The notes beneath the pieces were generated by a model that saw only the letters and a program-made list of their open reading frames with translations, did no database searches and was not told the origin of the DNA. A stretch of DNA of 64,000 bases from Rhizodiscina lignyota (lineage: Eukaryota). This document shows, piece by piece, positions 35,083 to 48,063 of this stretch (its first letter is position 1; every line of letters starts with the position of its first letter). The translations under genes and the position numbers were made by a program. Location of the stretch: contig ML978125.1 in NCBI GenBank assembly GCA_010015805.1, positions 1,674,001 to 1,738,000 on the forward strand, given 5' to 3'.

Positions 35083-36949
35083 ATGGCTCCTCACAATCCC
35101 TCATCCGGCCACAAGCCAAGAAAGAGAAGGGCGCAGGATGAAGCAGTCTCAGGAGGCTCAACGAGAAATACGGTGCTTGTAGATGCATCTGCGGGCACCA
35201 GAAGACCAGCCTTCCCCTTGGTAGCGTTCCTATGGCCTGCCAGAGGACATGTGTCGCCCTGGTTTACGATCCCCATAATTCTCATGGTGGCGTTTCTGTT
35301 TCGACTCGCGACTGGCTTTTGGGGATATTCTGGTCAGATCAATCCTATTCTATTCGAGCATATGATTGATATCATTTAGGTTCCAATTCGCCTCCAATGC
35401 ATGGCGACTTTGAAGCTCAGCGTCATTGGATGGAAATCACAATCCATCTACCAATCTCCCAGTGGTATTCCTACGACCTACAATGGTGGGGACTAGATTA
35501 TCCACCCCTTACAGCGTACCACAGCTGGCTTCTAGGCAAGATGTACGCAAATTCATTCTTGAGTCTTTTTGTATCTAACGTACAGACAGTGGATCCATTT
35601 TCGACCCAGAATGGTTCGCGCTGGACGCCTCTCGGGCTCTGGACGATCCAAACTTGAAAGTGTATATGCGTGGCACTGCGCTTGTATCCGAGTACCTCAC
35701 ATATATCCCAGCTGCTGTTGTCCTAGTCCGAAGATACTCTCGTATTCAAGGCGTCAACAGTTGGGAGGCATATATTGCTCTCGTTGCAATACTCATGCAG
35801 CCAGCAACTATACTGATCGATCATGGGCATTTCCAATACAACACCGTCATGCTCGGTTTCCTTCTGGCCAGTATCTCGAGCATGATGGCAGGCCGACTCC
35901 TCTGGAGCTGCGTCTTCTTCGTCGCTTCTCTCGGTTTCAAACAAATGGCGCTCTTCTATGCGCCAGCGGTATTCGCATACCTGCTCGGAAGCTGCATCTT
36001 CCCAAGGATTAACGTCGTCCGCTTCCTGAGCATTGCGGTTGTTACCATCATTTCGTTCGCTCTCCTGTTTGCACCGCTCATTCTCGGAGCGTGGTTTGAT
36101 GCCTACCGCGGAATTGCACTGCCCGAAATCGAAACACCTCCGCTTCTTGCCGCATTGCCATTTCCAATCGACGAGAAGGCATGGTACTATGCGCCCATGT
36201 TTCAGCTCGCACAATCAATTCACCGCATCTTCCCCTTCGCCCGCGGCATCTTCGAAGACAAAGTTGCAAATATCTGGTGCGCCATCCACACTTTCCACAA
36301 GCTGCACCGATACTCCAGTACCATGGTTCAGCGCGCGGCTCTTGTCGCTACTTCAGCAGCTATTTTTCCTCCCTGCTTCATCCTTTTCCTCAAGCCGAGG
36401 AAAGAACTTCTGCCGTGGGGACTGGCGGCGACATCCTGGGGTTTCTTCCTCTGCTCATACCAAGTTCACGAGAAGAATGTGCTCTTGCCACTGCTCCCGA
36501 TGATCGTCTTCCTCGCGGGGGAGACCGGGCTCAGTCCTTCGATAAGGGCCTGGGTCGGGTTGGCAAACATGCTTGGTGTCTGGACGATGTTCCCACTCCT
36601 CAAGAGAGATGAGTTGCGAGTCCCATACTTTGTCCTCAGCCTACTGTGGGCATGGCTGATCGGGCTTCCGCCAATCTCGCTGTCGGCATACTCATCACAG
36701 GTACCAAATCCAGTCAATGTATTTACCACTCTCATTCATTTGGGAGTTTATGGTGCCATGATTGCTTGGCACTTTGCAGAGTCGTACGTAGCGCCGCCGG
36801 AGAATAAGCCAGACCTATGGGTGGTTGCAAATGTGCTGGTTGGGGCGGCTGGCTTTAGTATTTGCTACCTCTGGTGCCTCTGGAATCTACTAGTGAAGAG
36901 CGGAATTGCACCAAAATCTTGGGGAGGATCAAAGGCGAAGGAGCAATGA
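35083..36949 (+). CDS. ALG6: Dolichyl-PP-Man9GlcNAc2 alpha-1,3-glucosyltransferase Alg6 (3 exons)
   Basis: [62 protein letters not shown]. Confidence 0.95.
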
Positions 36950-37958
36950 ATGGCATTTTGTATTTGTTGCCGCTACGAGGATGTATTTTCATATGGCTCT
37001 GGCTAAGATACCCAGTGAGAGAGCTCTTATGTGTAGCATATCGAATTTTTGGGAATAGAACAAAGTGGTAACCGTAATACTCACAAAATTGGTTGAACTT
37101 CTGGAAGAAAGTTTTCGAACTCGATGTGGCTTTTGCTTCGCAGTAAGGCGCGCAGGGCTATGTTTTGAACCAATCAGCGCTTTTCCCCAGAGACAAGTGT
37201 TGCCAGGAGCTGGTGTGGGCCGGTGCCGAATTCACGCAATCCATCTGGAACAGGCGCAAGGTGGGGACGATGAATCGATGACGAGTTGAGGGCTCAAGCT
37301 TGCCGTCGCAACCAAAACCGCAAACAGTAAACAACTCTGCACGCCAATTGCAGGGAAATGCGTCTCCGAGGCTCAGAGGAGCTCTCACCAGCCTCACACA
37401 GAAGCAGTCGTAAGCTCGAATCAGACTCGGGCGAGTGAGATGGGTTGATAGGTTGCTGGGCGGCCAGTCGTTGGCCAGGAGATGTCGCGAATAGGCACCC
37501 CTGCCTTCCAACGTGCATGCAGAGCGCCTCTCACATGAACTGGCGCCCTCGATCCAGATGTTGACTTAAAAGCGGTCTTGTGGACGGCTGCAGACACTAA
37601 ATTGCTGGCCGACTTCCAATTTGCTTGCACTAGGAAAACTAAAATCGCGGTGCGTCTGTCGTCGGCTCTTCGGCGTCGTCGTGAAGCTGGACTGGACGCC
37701 AGTGGTGTGAGAAGGCCTCGTTACGTCATCCCGCGACTGCCCGCATCGCGCTGCGCACCATAAAAGCTACCCTGGCTGCAACCGCCACAACTCTCTCTCC
37801 CCCACCAACTCCTGTGCTGCTTGGCCAAGCGTCTACAATCCTCTGTCGATCGAGCGGGCTCTCTTACTTCCTCATACGCTTCGAAACAATCGCGCAAGCA
37901 CCTACACCTTCGCAATCAGCAAGCACATCTACCTCTCTTCGCATACACAACAAGGAAA

Positions 37959-38583
37959 ATGGCGTCCAAGGTGCTCAACCTCGCTGTAAGTCTCCTACGT
38001 CAACAAGTCGTATTTTGTCATAGCTCTAACATTGTCACCAGTTGCGAGGCTTCCAATTCCTGTGGACTCTTCTCATTATGGCGCTCGTCGGCAACATGAT
38101 CGCGACCGCCTTCGGCGGCAATCCAAGCATCGTCAACTACGACATGTTCGTATCCGTGTTCGGGATGTTGTCGCTCTTCTACCTCATTCCCGCCACACTC
38201 TGGGATAGCCTCGAATTCCACCCCATCATCATGGTCGCCCTCGATGCACTCAATACTCTCTTCTTTCTCATCGGCGGTATCGCGACGGCGGCGGAGCTTG
38301 GTGTACATTCCTGCAGCAACGCTGTGAGTGTTTCTTGTCCCCCTCCAACGCGCGGCCTTCAACTAATACATATTAGCACTACACCCTCCACAACCACGTA
38401 ACTAACGGCTCCCCTGACCGTGCGGGGCGCTGCCATGAGGCACAAGCTTCCACCGCCTTCCTCTGGTTCGGCTTCGCTGCTTTCGCCGCCTCGACGTTCT
38501 TCTCCTTCTTGAACAGCCGCGGCAGCGCCAACACTCGTGGAATTGGCATCCGTAGAGGAGGTCCAGCAATGAGCCAAGTCTAA
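37959..38583 (+). CDS. NCE102: MARVEL-domain membrane protein, Nce102/Fhn1-like (3 exons)
   Basis: MASKVLNLA|LRGFQFLW..NPSIVNYDMF..LGVHSCSN|..RCHEAQASTAFLWFGF, with four TM segments. Confidence 0.78.
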
Positions 38584-39520
38584 GTTGACTATCCAAGGAT
38601 ATGCAAAGCTCGACGGCTAATGAACTGGGTGTGGTAAACCCAATGGGAGGGGCGGTGGAACTGCAGGACATGGGGGAGCAGCCCCCGCAAGTGCCGCTGC
38701 TCAGGATGAGTCCACGCCTTAGTGTACGGTATGTGATGTTTGACGATGCGCTCGATTTTTTTCCTACCTTCTGGACAAGGCGTACATTGGGTAGAGATGA
38801 CAGGGCACAAGCAATGGAGCATCTGGCGTATCAGCCGTAAACGAGCACAGGTTGGCTTGTAATGTTGTATAACAGAAGAAATGACAATGCCCTTTACTTG
38901 AAATCCATACCTAGACGTGAATAATACCTGTAAACCACTCTCCATTATGGCGACGCTGCAGAGTTCTCTGTCTTGGCCTAACAATCAGGACCTTTATTGT
39001 ATGAACTCATTAGGCCACAGAAGGTCTGATTCTATTCGAACCGTGATGCAATTGCGTGTTTAAATATATTAATAGCCAGCTTGATCTGAAATATAATATT
39101 GGAAGACTTTGATGTTGATATCCAGCTATATTGATGCACCTTGATTCTGGATCTGGATGTGAGTGGATCAGCCATGTATGTCGCCTCATTCACCAATTGC
39201 CGCGGCTACACCTGAGCCTCCACATATCTTCATTCTTGCCGCACTCAGGCCGCACTTAACCTCTAATACTTATTGCGTGTGGGGCCCCGCATTTGTCAGC
39301 CCGAAGCAGAGATACATAGCGGCTACTCCGTATCTCAGTCACTATTCCGTGTCCGTGTCACCATTAAAACCCCCCATAGAAGGCGCTGAAGAGGTGCTAT
39401 CTAAGTCACGTATAGAGACATATATATATCCCCTTCCATACTTGATCTTTCCATTCTCTCTCATTATTCAACCTTTTAACATCGAATCTATTTGTTTTGT
39501 GCTCTGACTCACTCCCAAAC

Positions 39521-40225
39521 ATGGCAACCGACGTCAAAGCCGTAGCAGACCCGGATCGAGCGGCCTATCTGCTGGATGCACAAACCAAGGCTTTCAAACT
39601 ATTCGAAGAAATCGGAAAGGATCTGATTCGCCCAGGCGTCAGCGAGAAGGACATCAGCAACGAGATTCATGAGCTCGGCGCCAAACGTCATGGCATCCGC
39701 ACACACTGGCATAAACGCGTTATCAGAAGCGGACCAAATACGTTGAAGCCGTACCAAGAAAACCCTCCGGACCGTACCATTGAGCCCGACGACATCCTGT
39801 TTGTCGACCTCGGACCCGTCTTCGAGGCATGGGAAGCCGACTTTGGACGCACCTTCGTACTGGGAGACGACCCGATCAAGCAGAAACTCCGTGATTCGCT
39901 TGATCCAGTGTGGAAAGCAGTCAAGGCACGCTACCAGGAGAATCCAGACATGACGGGCGGCCAGCTGTACGATATTGCATGCGAAACGGCCAAGGAGTAT
40001 GGGTGGGAGTTTGGTGGGCAAATTGCGGGACATCTTGTTGGATCGTTCCCGCATGAACGCATCCCGAACGACAGGATCACTCTGTACATTACCAAGGGCA
40101 ATGACACGCAGATGAGCCTCCCCGACGCTGATGGAAAGAAGAGACATTGGATTCTGGAGATTCATCTTGTGGACCGGGAACGCCAGATTGGAGGCTTCAT
40201 GGAGCAACTCCTGACGGTCGACTAA
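39521..40225 (+). CDS. Peptidase M24 family (aminopeptidase P-like, catalytic domain only), intronless
   Basis: RPGVSE, HWHKRVIRSGPNT, DLGPVFEAWEADFGRT, GHLVGSFPH, WILEIH (pita-bread metal ligands D, D, H, E, E). Confidence 0.85.
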   Translation: MATDVKAVADPDRAAYLLDAQTKAFKLFEEIGKDLIRPGVSEKDISNEIHELGAKRHGIRTHWHKRVIRSGPNTLKPYQENPPDRTIEPDDILFVDLGPVFEAWEADFGRTFVLGDDPIKQKLRDSLDPVWKAVKARYQENPDMTGGQLYDIACETAKEYGWEFGGQIAGHLVGSFPHERIPNDRITLYITKGNDTQMSLPDADGKKRHWILEIHLVDRERQIGGFMEQLLTVD

Positions 40226-41050
40226 TTCGACGGATATGCAAAAGGAGTTGGAGGGCGGTTGATTGTTGGAAACAGAAGAATGAGCTGTCGTAGCGGTAGA
40301 TATCAACTGGCTGAGTGGCTGATAGCTGATGGCTGATTAGACTGAGCTATTCAGTCCAGTCCAAGGATTCAACTCAGAGATATGAATATAACCAGCTGTA
40401 CGGATGATGGCTGACTAAATGCCTGAAGTCCATTTTTCAACGTGAACCTTGTTCTCCTATGATACATTCAACAAACGATCCTGAGTAAGCTGTGCGTTTT
40501 GATCAGAAGTGACAGCTACTCGTGAGATCAGCTGTATAATGCAGCGTCTTCCACGCAGAAAGAGAAGGTTGCTGTTTGTTAGCTGGCAGCAGTTTCGAGA
40601 TCCACAAGAGAGCTGAGCTCGCCCTGATACAGTCTACAGATCGAGGAGAAAGGAAGATAGCTGTTGGCTCGATTAAATAGGGGAGGTTGATGCACGGGCT
40701 ACACCATACCTTACGAAGCTGATGGAGTTGAGATAAGATTAGATTTGAGATACCTGGAATGGACTAGCTTCATCCGCTCACTCGCATAAGCTGCAGACCC
40801 TTGCTAAAGACATTTGGCCTTTATGAAAGCGCGCCGTGGGCCAATATACTCGACTCTACTATCCGCGGGGAGTAATCTCGGAGTCGCCAAGTGCATATCA
40901 GCTTCGTTACAAGCTGCGCCATTCCTTCAATGCCTTCGCAACGGTAGAATTCCTCCTTTTTCCAGAGCGCTTCGGTCCCCTCCTTTTCGTCCTTCGATAT
41001 AAGACGAGCACGAGCTCTCCGTCGTTAACGGGAATTCCACGAGCTTCAAG

Positions 41051-42583
41051 ATGCCTCCGAAAGGCCGCTTTACGCGGCTAGATGCATTTCAGAAGACTGT
41101 AGAGGACGCAACTCTGTATGGATTTCGATATTCGCATTGCAAGGCAATGGCTGACATGTTGCAGGCGCACGACATCAGGAGGCATCGTGACAATTGTGAG
41201 CTTGTTGGTTATGCTATGGCTAGTATGGGGAGAATGGTCAGATTGGACAAAGATCATCGTTCGGCCGGAGCTGATAGTCGACAAAGGCAGAGGTGAGTCT
41301 CAGTCAATTTCGATCCGACCGAAAGGATACGTCTTCATCAGGCTAATTCATTGCGCATCATGCGCGCTTGTATCACAGGCGAACGAATGGAGATACATAT
41401 GAACATCAGCTTCCCGCGAATACCATGCGAACTCTTGACATTGGATGTTATGGATGTATCAGGAGACATACAGACGGGAGTGGTTCACGGTATCAACAAA
41501 GTCAGATTATCGCCAGAGGCTGAAGGGAGCAAAGTCCTTGAGGTCAAGGCTCTGGATTTGTATGTCTCTCATATCGCTTAAATGTGTGCGGGAGCATTTC
41601 TCACAATTACAGACATGCGGACGATGCTATCCATATGGACCCTGAGTACTGCGGCGAATGTTACGGCGCCCCATCTCCAGAAGGTGCGACGAAGCCCGGC
41701 TGCTGCAATACCTGCGATGAAGTCCGCGAAGCGTACGCATCAGTCTCTTGGTCGTTCGGCCGTGGCGAGGGTGTCGAACAATGTCAGCGGGAGCATTATG
41801 CTGAACACTTGGATTCACAAAGAGCGGAGGGCTGCCGTATCGAAGGTGGAATCCGCGTCAACAAGGTCGTGGGCAATTTCCACTTTGCGCCGGGCAAGAG
41901 TTTTAGCAACGGCAACATGCACGTCCACGACCTCGAGAACTACTTCAAAGATGAGGGCGGTCACAGCTTCACGCATACGATACACTCGCTGCGATTCGGT
42001 CCACAGATGCCAGACCATATGATTAAGAGGCTCGGTGGCATTGGCGGAGCATGGACGAATCATCACCTCAACCCTCTTGACGGTACGGAGCAGAAGACTC
42101 TAGAGAAGGCATATAACTACATGTACTTCGTCAAGGTTGTCTCGACAGCCTACCTGCCTCTTGGCTGGGAGCGAAAAAAGAGTACATCTTCGAATGATGA
42201 ACCGTCGTGGTCAACATTGGGTGATAACACTGGAAGTATTGAGACGCACCAGTACTCCGTGACGAAACATGAGCGTTCGGTTCAAGGTGGAACTGATGCC
42301 CACGAAGGGCATGGCGAACGTCTGCATGCTCGGGGCGGCATTCCCGGTGTATTCTTCTCATACGTAAGTTTGATCGTATATCCTCACAAGGCCACTCGCT
42401 GACAGCCATAACCAGGATATTTCTCCGATGAAAGTTATCAACCGCGAAGTGCGTGCGAAGACATTCTCTGGCTTCCTCGTCGGACTGTGCTCGGTCATCG
42501 GAGGTACTCTTACCGTTGCGGCCGCTGTCGATAGAGCTGTTTATGAGGGTGCGCAAAAGGTCAAGAAGTTACACACTGGGTAG
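41051..42583 (+). CDS. ERV46: ER-Golgi intermediate compartment protein Erv46 (ERGIC3), 5 exons
   Basis: RLDAF.KT, RTTSGG, CELLTLDVMDVSG, YCGECYGA..CCNTCDEVREAY, EGCRIEG..GNFHFAPG, GIPGVFFSY|DISPM, C-terminal KKLHTG*. Confidence 0.92.
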
Positions 42584-42897
42584 AGGATTGTTGACATGTC
42601 TATGCATTTGGAATGGAGTTTTGGCGTGCATGTCATGATTTCGCTTTCGAGCGTGTTCAGATGCAACTATTGTATAACGCAAAACTGTTGATCTGTAAAC
42701 TCTTCGTACAGCCTCATCCCATCAACTCCGTGTCGCCATGAATTGACAGACTGCCTTTGAAGATTCCTCGGATGAGTGTATAGCATTTAGCAACTCGAAA
42801 ACTCCCGATAACTCATATCCACCTTGATTCATTCGTCAATGCATCTTAGGATGCCCCCTCCCCGGTCGCTCATATGGAAGACTCCGCCGAAAATGGG

Positions 42898-43431
42898 TTA
42901 CTCTCGTCTCAGCAACTTCCCAGAGAGCTCATGAAGCAGAGCTGACACTTCATCAACCAGGCCTTCCTGTAGCGCCCATTTGATCGTTGATTCCAACTGC
43001 GCGCGAACGTGTCGCAGGCCCGCATCTTCCGGCTCCTTGTCCTCACTATCGTCGCGCTTGCGTTTGCCTAACGATGTTCCGTTCTTGATGGGCGTCTTCT
43101 CGGGAGATGGTCCCAGGAGTCCTTCTGCGTACAACTCGCATGGGCAACGGCCTCTGTTCCTATGGTGTTATAACACTTTGCGCGAAACTAAGGCCTGATG
43201 GATTGCCTACTCCTTCGTGCGACCCGAGTAGCCTTTCACCAACTTAACTTGCGGCTTGTCGGGAGTCTCACCGCCGATATGGGACTCTTTGACATGAACG
43301 CGCAGTGTTTGACTTGAGATAAAGTCGCCTGCAGCCGGGGAGCAATATCCGCACTTGAGTTCGCAGCGGCAAATGAAGAGTTTGCCAGTGTCGGGCCACT
43401 CGTGCGCGTGGCTGGCATTAGAACATGGCAT
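42898..43431 (-). CDS. Small hypothetical protein with a C2H2-like zinc finger and basic NLS-like motif (2 exons)
   Basis: CGYC..x..LRVHVKESH in 43207..43431, GTAGGC donor, second exon with GKRKR. Confidence 0.5.
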
Positions 43432-43780
43432 CGTGGATGATAGAGAGCTTCTTCAAGTTCAATACTGTTGTTGTGTTGATCGAAAGTTGGTTGATGAGGA
43501 TTCGTTGGAGAGTGTTGCAGAGAGGAGGGAAGATATAGGCTCGCGAGATCGCAAGGTCGGCGGATCTAACAAAGCTTTTCAATCAATTTCAATTCTTAAA
43601 TTTGACTGACGTCAGGAATGCGCCAACGCGCTGAAACAAGTCGAATATGTAGCGTGAAAAGAACAAAATGAAACGAAAGTAGGCAACTCACATGAACTAC
43701 TGCGTTTGGCAGATACCAACGCTCGAGCTGCGGATTAGAGCTGAGTTGGCGGCGCTCTCATGATGTTCGAATTGCCACAG

Positions 43781-44722
43781 TTATCTCTTTTTCATTTCAT
43801 ATTTAGTCCACTTGTGCGTCTTCTCTTCAAATCCAGCGTCCGCCCCTTGATGTCCCTCAGCCCAGCAAGCTCTACAGTACAGCTCGCCATCACAACCAAG
43901 GCAACGAACTTGCGCATCATCATTACAGATAATACACCAACTATCTATCTCTTCATCCGTATACTTTGGTTGCTTCGGCTTTGCAACTCTGACTGGCTTC
44001 TTTGATGGCGAGAATGAAGGTGCTGCTGGGAGAGAAAGTCCAGAGAAACGGGCTGCCAGGGCCTCATCTATGTTGGAATGATCTTCCTCCAGTTTAGCGA
44101 CTGGTGCATCCTTCGGTGCAGAAGGGAGTTGGAATGGATCTGCCTCGTCGTCGGCCTTCTGCTTGCCACTGTCATCTCCTTCATCGTCATCCTCCTCCTC
44201 ATCGTTTAGTACAGCTTGACTACGCTCAAGTTCGAGCTCGGCCATTACTCTTGCAATAACATCTTGCGCCTCTTGTTCCTCTGAAGGCCGATCATGATGG
44301 ACATTGCTTTGGATCTTGCTCTCATCGTCCTCTGGGGAATGTGTCTCACCGCTTTGGTCCTTGGAGGCAGCATCTTGGGAGACGGCGGGCAAAGCGCTCC
44401 GTACATCGGCGACAAGATTCTTGACATCTGTCTGCTCATCTTTGCCTAGTGCCCACTGCTCTTGTGGGCCCAAATCTTTAAGGAGCTCATCCAGAATCTT
44501 GTCGTCCTCATCATTATGTGGCGTTGAGCCCTGGTCATCGTCCGCCACAGAGGGAGTCTCATTCGATGAGTTCAGGTTCTTAAACCGAGAGTTCAGGTCG
44601 GGGGGAGTGTTTGTATCATCATCCTCGGAGTGCAACTTTGGAGCTTTGTCCAGACTTATATGTGACCTTCTCAGGGCATTCAGCCGAGCCAGAAGCGCAT
44701 CATCAGAATTACCCGAGGCCAT
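43781..44722 (-). CDS. ZFYVE19/ANCHR-like protein with a C-terminal B-box-type zinc finger
   Basis: [10 protein letters not shown]-terminus, [49 protein letters not shown] at 44722. Confidence 0.75.
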   Translation of the reverse strand: MASGNSDDALLARLNALRRSHISLDKAPKLHSEDDDTNTPPDLNSRFKNLNSSNETPSVADDDQGSTPHNDEDDKILDELLKDLGPQEQWALGKDEQTDVKNLVADVRSALPAVSQDAASKDQSGETHSPEDDESKIQSNVHHDRPSEEQEAQDVIARVMAELELERSQAVLNDEEEDDDEGDDSGKQKADDEADPFQLPSAPKDAPVAKLEEDHSNIDEALAARFSGLSLPAAPSFSPSKKPVRVAKPKQPKYTDEEIDSWCIICNDDAQVRCLGCDGELYCRACWAEGHQGADAGFEEKTHKWTKYEMKKR

Positions 44723-44976
44723 TGTGAGCAGAGGGATGCCTGCTGCCTCAAACAGTTGTAGATAACCCTTGTCCCCGAGATGTTGATGAAAGAAAGATCT
44801 CGGCCGTGAACCTTTGGAATTCGAGGCCCACATTTGGAAGCGCCACAATTGACTAAGCCGTGTAATAAGCGTGACACCGCGACATCACCCTGCAGATCTT
44901 AAGCATTGGCACGCGCACACGAATTTGTTTGCTTTTCAACCGCGGTTTCTCGGTATAATGCTCTTATTGACCAAGC

Positions 44977-47082
44977 ATGAATTCGGACAAGCCAACTGCA
45001 GAAGAAGTGGCCATCTTCTCAAGCGGTAACAACAAAAGTCCTGCGGATATCCGATTCATACATTACAACGATGTCTATCACATTGACTCCTCATCCGCTG
45101 AACCCGTGGGAGGAATTGCCAGATTCCAAAGTTTGGTGAACTATTACCGGAACGACGCGAAATTTAACGATCAACCAAAGCTTCTCAATTTTTTCTCTGG
45201 AGATGCGTTCAATCCTTCAACAGAGTCAAGTGTAACGAAGGGAAGGTATTGAAACTATAAGGTTTCAATGAGCATGAAAGGCTGACTGTAAGCAGGCAGT
45301 CATATGGTACCCTTCTTGAACAACCTTCAGACTGATGTTGCTTGTGTTGGAGTAAGTTCGGGCATACCTATGAGAACCATTAGCAGCTGACTTTACGACA
45401 ATCAGAATCACGACTTGGATTTTGGAGTCACACAATTCTGTAATCTTGCAGGCCAATGCAAATTTCCATGGCTTCTGGCAAATGTCCTGGATCCGGCCCT
45501 AGGCGATAACGTACCACTGGGAAATGCTCAACGCACCACTATACTGACGGCTTCTAACGGCATCAAGATTGGCGTGATCGGTCTTGCAGAGCGTGAATGG
45601 CTGGATACAATCAACACTCTCCCTCCCAATCTGATCTATAACTCTGCTTCTGCGACAGCGAAAGAGCTTGTTCCGGGTCTACGTGAGCAGGGTGCGGAGC
45701 TCATCGTTGCGCTCACACACCAACGCGAGCCGAATGACAACAAGCTTGCTGAGAAAATCCCAAAGGGCCTCATCGACATTATTCTTGGCGGCCATGACCA
45801 CTTCTATGGGCACAGTCTGATTAATGGCACTCACGTCTTGCGGTCAGGAACGGATTTTAAGCAACTGAGCTACATCGAGGCTCGCAGAAAGCAGGACAGC
45901 AACGAAGGATGGGACATCGATATTATTCGACGAGACGTGGTATCTTCGATACCTGAGGACCCAGAGACAATCAAGCTCGTCGAGGGAGTAACAGATGCTC
46001 TGAAGGCCCGTCTGGGAAAGGCCATTGGCTACGTTGCGGCTCCGCTCGATGCTCGCTTTACAACTGTTCGGCTCAAGGAATCAAATTATGGCAACTTTGT
46101 CTGCGACCTGATGCGGCACCATTATAACGCGGACTGCTGTATAATGGCTTCGGGGACCATCAGAGGTGACCAAATCTACCCACCTGGTATCCTAAAGCTG
46201 AAAGATGTGATGGACTGCTTCCCGTTTGAAGACCCTTGTGTTGTTCTCAGGGTCAAGGGGAAGGCCATCATTGCAGCACTTGAGAATGCCGTCTCCAAAT
46301 ATCCGGCGCTGGAGGGCCGCTTCCCTCAAGTGTCAAACATCGAGATGGAATTTGATCCTAAACGTGCCGAGGGCTCCCGACTAACTTCTGTACGTATTAG
46401 TGGCGGGCCGGTTGACCTTGAGAAAGACTATGATCTTGCTACCCGGGGTTATATGGGTCATGGAAAGGATGGCTACGAGTCGTTGCTTATCAAATCGAAG
46501 GGCGGAGAAGCAGAAGAGGTTGTCTCAGAAGAAAACGGCATCCTCATTTCCACATTGCTCCGACTCTACTTCCTGTCGCTCAAAGTCTTCGGACGGTGGA
46601 GACATTGGTGCAACGATGTCGGTCACCACTACGCGCATGTGCAGGAAAAGTTGCACGAGTCTCATCCAATTGTCGAACCTCAAGTGCCGTCGAAGGAAGC
46701 TGTTGAAGAGTTTAGGAAAGCTGTCAATGAAGAAGCAAAAGACTCAAAGGCCACCAATTCCAACGCTGATCACCACGAATTACCATCACACCACGAATCG
46801 GACGACGAGAACAGCGACTTGAAGGCTGTCCCTACGCATGTCTCGCAGCGGGAGAGAGAGCTCGTCATTATGAGGAAAGTCATGCGGAAGTGGTGGAGGT
46901 TAACAGGCCTCTCTGGACATCCACAGATGTGTGATGAGCTGAGTGAAGGCGAGTTCACGGTCCATTGGACAAGGGTATGCTATCAGATCATGAATTTGAT
47001 GCCACTGTACTGATTCTCGCAGGCTGTGGCTCCTCGGCTCGAGGGACGCATCAAGGTAGTTTCGAGCGGTGAGGGAAAGTGA
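44977..47082 (+). CDS. 5'-nucleotidase (calcineurin-like metallophosphoesterase plus 5'-nucleotidase C domain), 4 exons
   Basis: HYNDVY, SGDAFNPS, G|NHDLDFG, LGGHDH, ESNYGNFVCD, GTIR, GRFPQVS. Last exon AVAPRLEGRIK...*. Confidence 0.9.
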
Positions 47083-47493
47083 GTACAAAAATGGCGCCCC
47101 GGTGTTCCGGCTTAGTGGCACACGATGGTGACGGCGTTAGAGATCAGGGCAAAAAGCACGATCTTATGATTCGAGGACTCTCACAGGCAGTCAAAGCACA
47201 TGGGCAGCAGATATGATGCCACGCCGAGCAGTGGAAGCCATACGCTTTCCCAGTTGCCGTGCTTATAATAAAGACCTTGCTGTACATGGATTTAAGACTT
47301 TCAATTTGCGATTTCACCAAGTACAAAGAAGCTCTCCAAATGCTTGCATCGTTGCACGGATAGACCTTTGGCTGCAACGAAAGTTATCTTTATTACGTCT
47401 CTACCCTTGAACTACGCCCTGACAGTTTGCCAGACAACCACTTGTACGTATAGGATTTTTCAATCTGGAGACTACTGCAACAGAATAATCGTC

Positions 47494-48063
47494 TTACTGG
47501 CCTTTCTTACCTACTGTCTCGCCTTCCTCAACGTACGCACCAGCCCATCCCTCCTTTGTGAATGCCATCCATCCTCTAACCACACCAAAAAATGCTACAA
47601 GTCCACTGAAGAATGCCATTCTGTCACTCCTCAGCCCCGTCACCTGTTCGCCTTTCAACGCCAGAAGTCCAAACATTGCGGCGGCTATCCACTCAACAAT
47701 CTCAAAGTTTGCCTGCAATATGAGCCGCCCTTCAACATTCGTCCTCCTGTTCGGAATCCCAAGGAACAACGGTAAATGGAGTCCAATAATGCAGCCGCCG
47801 ACGATCTGGAAGAGAGATACTGCAATTTGGGGTAAGGGTTCGGAAGGCGGATACATGGAGGGTGAGGCAATGAAGCGCACGCAGGGCCCGGCGTACGCCA
47901 CAAGGAGAAGGCCTTCGATGGTCCCAAAGACGGTTTCGAAGATGAAGGAATTGCGGGCGGAGGAGCCGTTGTGGGAAGGGTGGAACGATACAGCAGGGGA
48001 GAAGAGGGAGGGAAGGATATGGTGGCCCAAGCCAACGCAAGAAGTCGATGTTGACGAAGACAT
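47494..48063 (-). CDS. Hypothetical membrane protein
   Basis: ATG at 48063; about four hydrophobic segments; no recognisable family. Confidence 0.55.
   Translation of the reverse strand: MSSSTSTSCVGLGHHILPSLFSPAVSFHPSHNGSSARNSFIFETVFGTIEGLLLVAYAGPCVRFIASPSMYPPSEPLPQIAVSLFQIVGGCIIGLHLPLFLGIPNRRTNVEGRLILQANFEIVEWIAAAMFGLLALKGEQVTGLRSDRMAFFSGLVAFFGVVRGWMAFTKEGWAGAYVEEGETVGKKGQ

Noticed and set aside
44723..44848. Upstream extension of the ZFYVE19-like ORF
   Set aside because: Non-ATG start lying in the short divergent promoter shared with the 5'-nucleotidase.
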